In this document: positions 51,470 through 53,649 of the stretch, piece by piece
Numbering within the stretch: the first letter of the stretch is position 1
Layout: each line of letters starts with the position of its first letter
NCBI GenBank assembly: GCA_045863855.1
Contig: BTVV01000035.1
Location: forward strand, 1-53,649
Source: Planctomycetota bacterium
GTDB taxonomy: Bacteria > Planctomycetota > SZUA-567 > H5-PLA8
Length of the DNA: 53,649 nucleotides
Reading direction: 5' to 3'
Position numbers and translations under genes: made by a program
The notes under the pieces: model-generated
Databases searched by the model: none
The model's input: only the letters and a program-made list of their open reading frames with translations
Told to the model about the DNA's origin: nothing

Positions 51470-53649
51470 ATGCCGGTCCCAGCCACCGCGTCGGGATTCA
51501 AATGGGAAGTAGCTGGGCAGGGTAAGCGCACCTTCTTTAAAGTCGCCACCGGCACGATGGCGGCGGCCAGTTCCATCCTGCTGATCTTGCTTTGCATGGA
51601 ACCCGGACTGCTCGGCCGCGTAGTTACCTCGCTCTTGGTGGTGAACCTGCTGGGACTGGTGTTGCTGTGGGTCAACCGTCACGGCTATACCCGCTTGGCG
51701 AGCTGGCTCCTGGTCTGCGGCTTGATCGCGCTTGTCACCGCCAACTCGATCCGCGCCGGCGGTGTGCGCAGTCCCGGCGTCGGCGCGTACCTGGTCTTCG
51801 TGTTGATGGCAACGGTGCTGCTGGGCCGGAAGGCGTCCCTCCTGACCGCCTTGCTGTGCAGCGTACTAGCGCTGGGGCTGGCCGCCGCGGAAGTAAGCGG
51901 CGTGCTACCGCCCCCGGCCGTGAGCTACGGCCCCTTCGCGCTCTGGCTCCTGGGAACCCTCTATATCGGTTTGGTGATCGTGCTGATGCGCATGGTCACG
52001 GACTCGATCGAAGCGGGCTTGCATCGCGCGGAACTGGAAGTCGTGAAGCGCGGTCAGGCCGAGCAGAAAATGCTGCTTGCGCTCTCTTCCGCCCGCGTCG
52101 GCGTCTTCGATCAGGATTCCGGATCGCGTGCCTTTCGCAGCGACGCACGCGCGCTCGAAATCTTCGGGCTCAACCATCCCGACGGCCTCGTGCCGCAGGC
52201 CGACTGGGAGGCGCTGGTTCATCCCGAGGACCGCCCGCGTGTACTCGAGGCCCTGGGCGGACTATGGGCCGTCCCCTCACGCCGGCGCGTCGAGTACCGG
52301 ATTACACGCAGCGATGGTGTCGAACGTTACATCGAGGCCGACGGCATCTCGACCGCCGATGCCTCCGGCAAGCCCGTCCGTCTCCTGGGCCTCGTGGAAG
52401 ACATCACCGAGCGCAAGCACGCCGCGCTCGAACGCGAAGGGCTGCTCTCGGACTTGGCCGAACGCGTGAAAGAGCTGCGTGCGCTGCACGCCGCCGCACG
52501 CCTGCTCCAGAACCCCGACACGCCGCTTAAGACCATCCTGAACGAACTGGCCGCGGTCCTCCCTCCGTCCTGGTTGCACGCCGACTGCTGCGAAGCCCGC
52601 ATCGAGTACCGCGATCTGGCCGCTGCGACGCCAGGATGGAAGGAAACGCCTTGGCGCATGGTCGAATCCTTCACCGTCGCCGGCCACACCGGTTCCATCG
52701 AGATCGTGTACACACAAGAGCGCCCCCAAGCGGCCGAAGGGCCATTCCTGGCCGAAGAACGCGCGCTGCTGGGTTCGGTCGCCGAGATGCTCAAGGCCTA
52801 CCTCGAACGAGTCGCCGCCGAAGCGCGACGGCGCGAGACCGAGCGGCAATTGCTTCAGACGCAGAAAATGGAGGCCCTCGGCACGCTCGCGGGCGGCATT
52901 GCGCATGACTTCAACAACATCCTTTCGGCGATTCTGGGCAATGCCCACTTGGGGCGTTCCAAGCTGACGCCGGACAATCCTTCGTACGGGTTCTTCGACA
53001 AGATCAAGTCGGCCAGCGAGCGGGCCAGGGATCTGGTCAAGCGCATCCTTCTGTTCAGCCGCAGGCAGGAAGCGCAGCGCGAGGAGCTTCAGCTTCCGCA
53101 GCTTATCGAAGACGTGTGCAAGCTGTTGCGCGTCAGCTTATCCAAGTCCATTGAAGTCAAGATGGAGTTTGCACCTCAAACGCCCGCCGTGTACGCCGAT
53201 CCGGTCCAAATTCATCAAGTCGTCATGAACCTGGGTATCAATGCCGGGCACGCGATGAAGCAGCGCGGCGGCGAATTGGCCTTCCTGGTCGACCCCATAA
53301 CCGTCGAGTCGGGCGGTGCTTTTCAAAGCCTTGGCTTGAAGCCGGGGGAGTACGTGCGCCTGGCCGTGCGGGATACCGGCACCGGGATGCCCAAGGAAGT
53401 GCTGGATCGTGTATTCGAACCGTTTTTCACGACGAAAGGCCAGGAAGGAACGGGGCTGGGACTTTCCGTGGTGCATGGAATCGTCAAGGATCATGGCGGA
53501 GCCATCGCGGTGGAAAGCGAACTTGGACGCGGCACCACTTTTCGAATCTACCACCCGGCGGTATCGACCGCCGCGAATCTCAAGCAGGTAGAGCGTCCGG
53601 AAGTCCGTCCGGAGGTCCGGGGAGGCACTCGTGAGCACGTCCTGTACGT
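51470..53649 (+). CDS. Membrane PAS/GAF hybrid sensor histidine kinase, 3'-truncated by the window edge (absent from the ORF track)
   Basis: ATG 51470 after AGAGGAG. Translated by hand: multi-TM N-terminus, PAS (W..LVHPEDR..V...EYRI...DG..R), GAF-like ERVKEL..EGPFL.EER, H-box QKMEALGTLAGGIAHDFNN (in frame at 52862), DTGTGM..FEPFFTTK..GTGLGLSVVHGIV, then the likely start of a receiver (EHVLY). Confidence 0.93.
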   Translation, partial: MPVPATASGFKWEVAGQGKRTFFKVATGTMAAASSILLILLCMEPGLLGRVVTSLLVVNLLGLVLLWVNRHGYTRLASWLLVCGLIALVTANSIRAGGVRSPGVGAYLVFVLMATVLLGRKASLLTALLCSVLALGLAAAEVSGVLPPPAVSYGPFALWLLGTLYIGLVIVLMRMVTDSIEAGLHRAELEVVKRGQAEQKMLLALSSARVGVFDQDSGSRAFRSDARALEIFGLNHPDGLVPQADWEALVHPEDRPRVLEALGGLWAVPSRRRVEYRITRSDGVERYIEADGISTADASGKPVRLLGLVEDITERKHAALEREGLLSDLAERVKELRALHAAARLLQNPDTPLKTILNELAAVLPPSWLHADCCEARIEYRDLAAATPGWKETPWRMVESFTVAGHTGSIEIVYTQERPQAAEGPFLAEERALLGSVAEMLKAYLERVAAEARRRETERQLLQTQKMEALGTLAGGIAHDFNNILSAILGNAHLGRSKLTPDNPSYGFFDKIKSASERARDLVKRILLFSRRQEAQREELQLPQLIEDVCKLLRVSLSKSIEVKMEFAPQTPAVYADPVQIHQVVMNLGINAGHAMKQRGGELAFLVDPITVESGGAFQSLGLKPGEYVRLAVRDTGTGMPKEVLDRVFEPFFTTKGQEGTGLGLSVVHGIVKDHGGAIAVESELGRGTTFRIYHPAVSTAANLKQVERPEVRPEVRGGTREHVLY

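Noticed and set aside
1..53649. CRISPR arrays, tRNA/rRNA, IS/integrase, prophage or defence genes
   Set aside because: I saw no regularly spaced repeats, RNA-gene signatures or transposase, integrase or nuclease motifs. The MoxR/vWA genes match the membrane-associated DUF58/BatA type rather than a recognised defence system.

Overview
High-GC bacterial window whose gene content is typical of Planctomycetota (BBP7-like beta-barrel, MoxR/vWA/DUF4159 cluster, many large secreted proteins, Hanks kinase); this taxonomy is inferred. The main feature is a ~25.6 kb, 11-gene, tightly coupled + strand operon (5769-31332). It encodes a MoxR AAA+ ATPase, DUF58, two more vWA membrane proteins, a truncated DUF4175-like protein and DUF4159, then five large signal-peptide proteins: a GH-A-like barrel lacking its catalytic motifs plus CBM51, a HEAT protein, a 2286-aa multidomain protein, a DUF2341/PQQ-propeller/CBM9-like protein and an unknown protein. 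Transcribed divergently are an RpiR regulator with two HexR-like operator boxes, a secreted Kelch-like propeller and a DapA-aldolase/BNR-propeller fusion. The rest holds korA-korB-acyl-CoA dehydrogenase-ABC-DUF3299, a membrane-anchored multi-lectin protein, a GH113-PKD enzyme, a Prc protease, a BBP7-like barrel with a consensus sigma70 promoter and structured leader, a CDGSH protein, an MshEN-type Ser/Thr kinase, PhyH, a sugar isomerase and a truncated hybrid histidine kinase that the ORF track missed. I saw no rRNA, tRNA, CRISPR or mobile element. All domain calls are by-eye motif recognition, not database searches.
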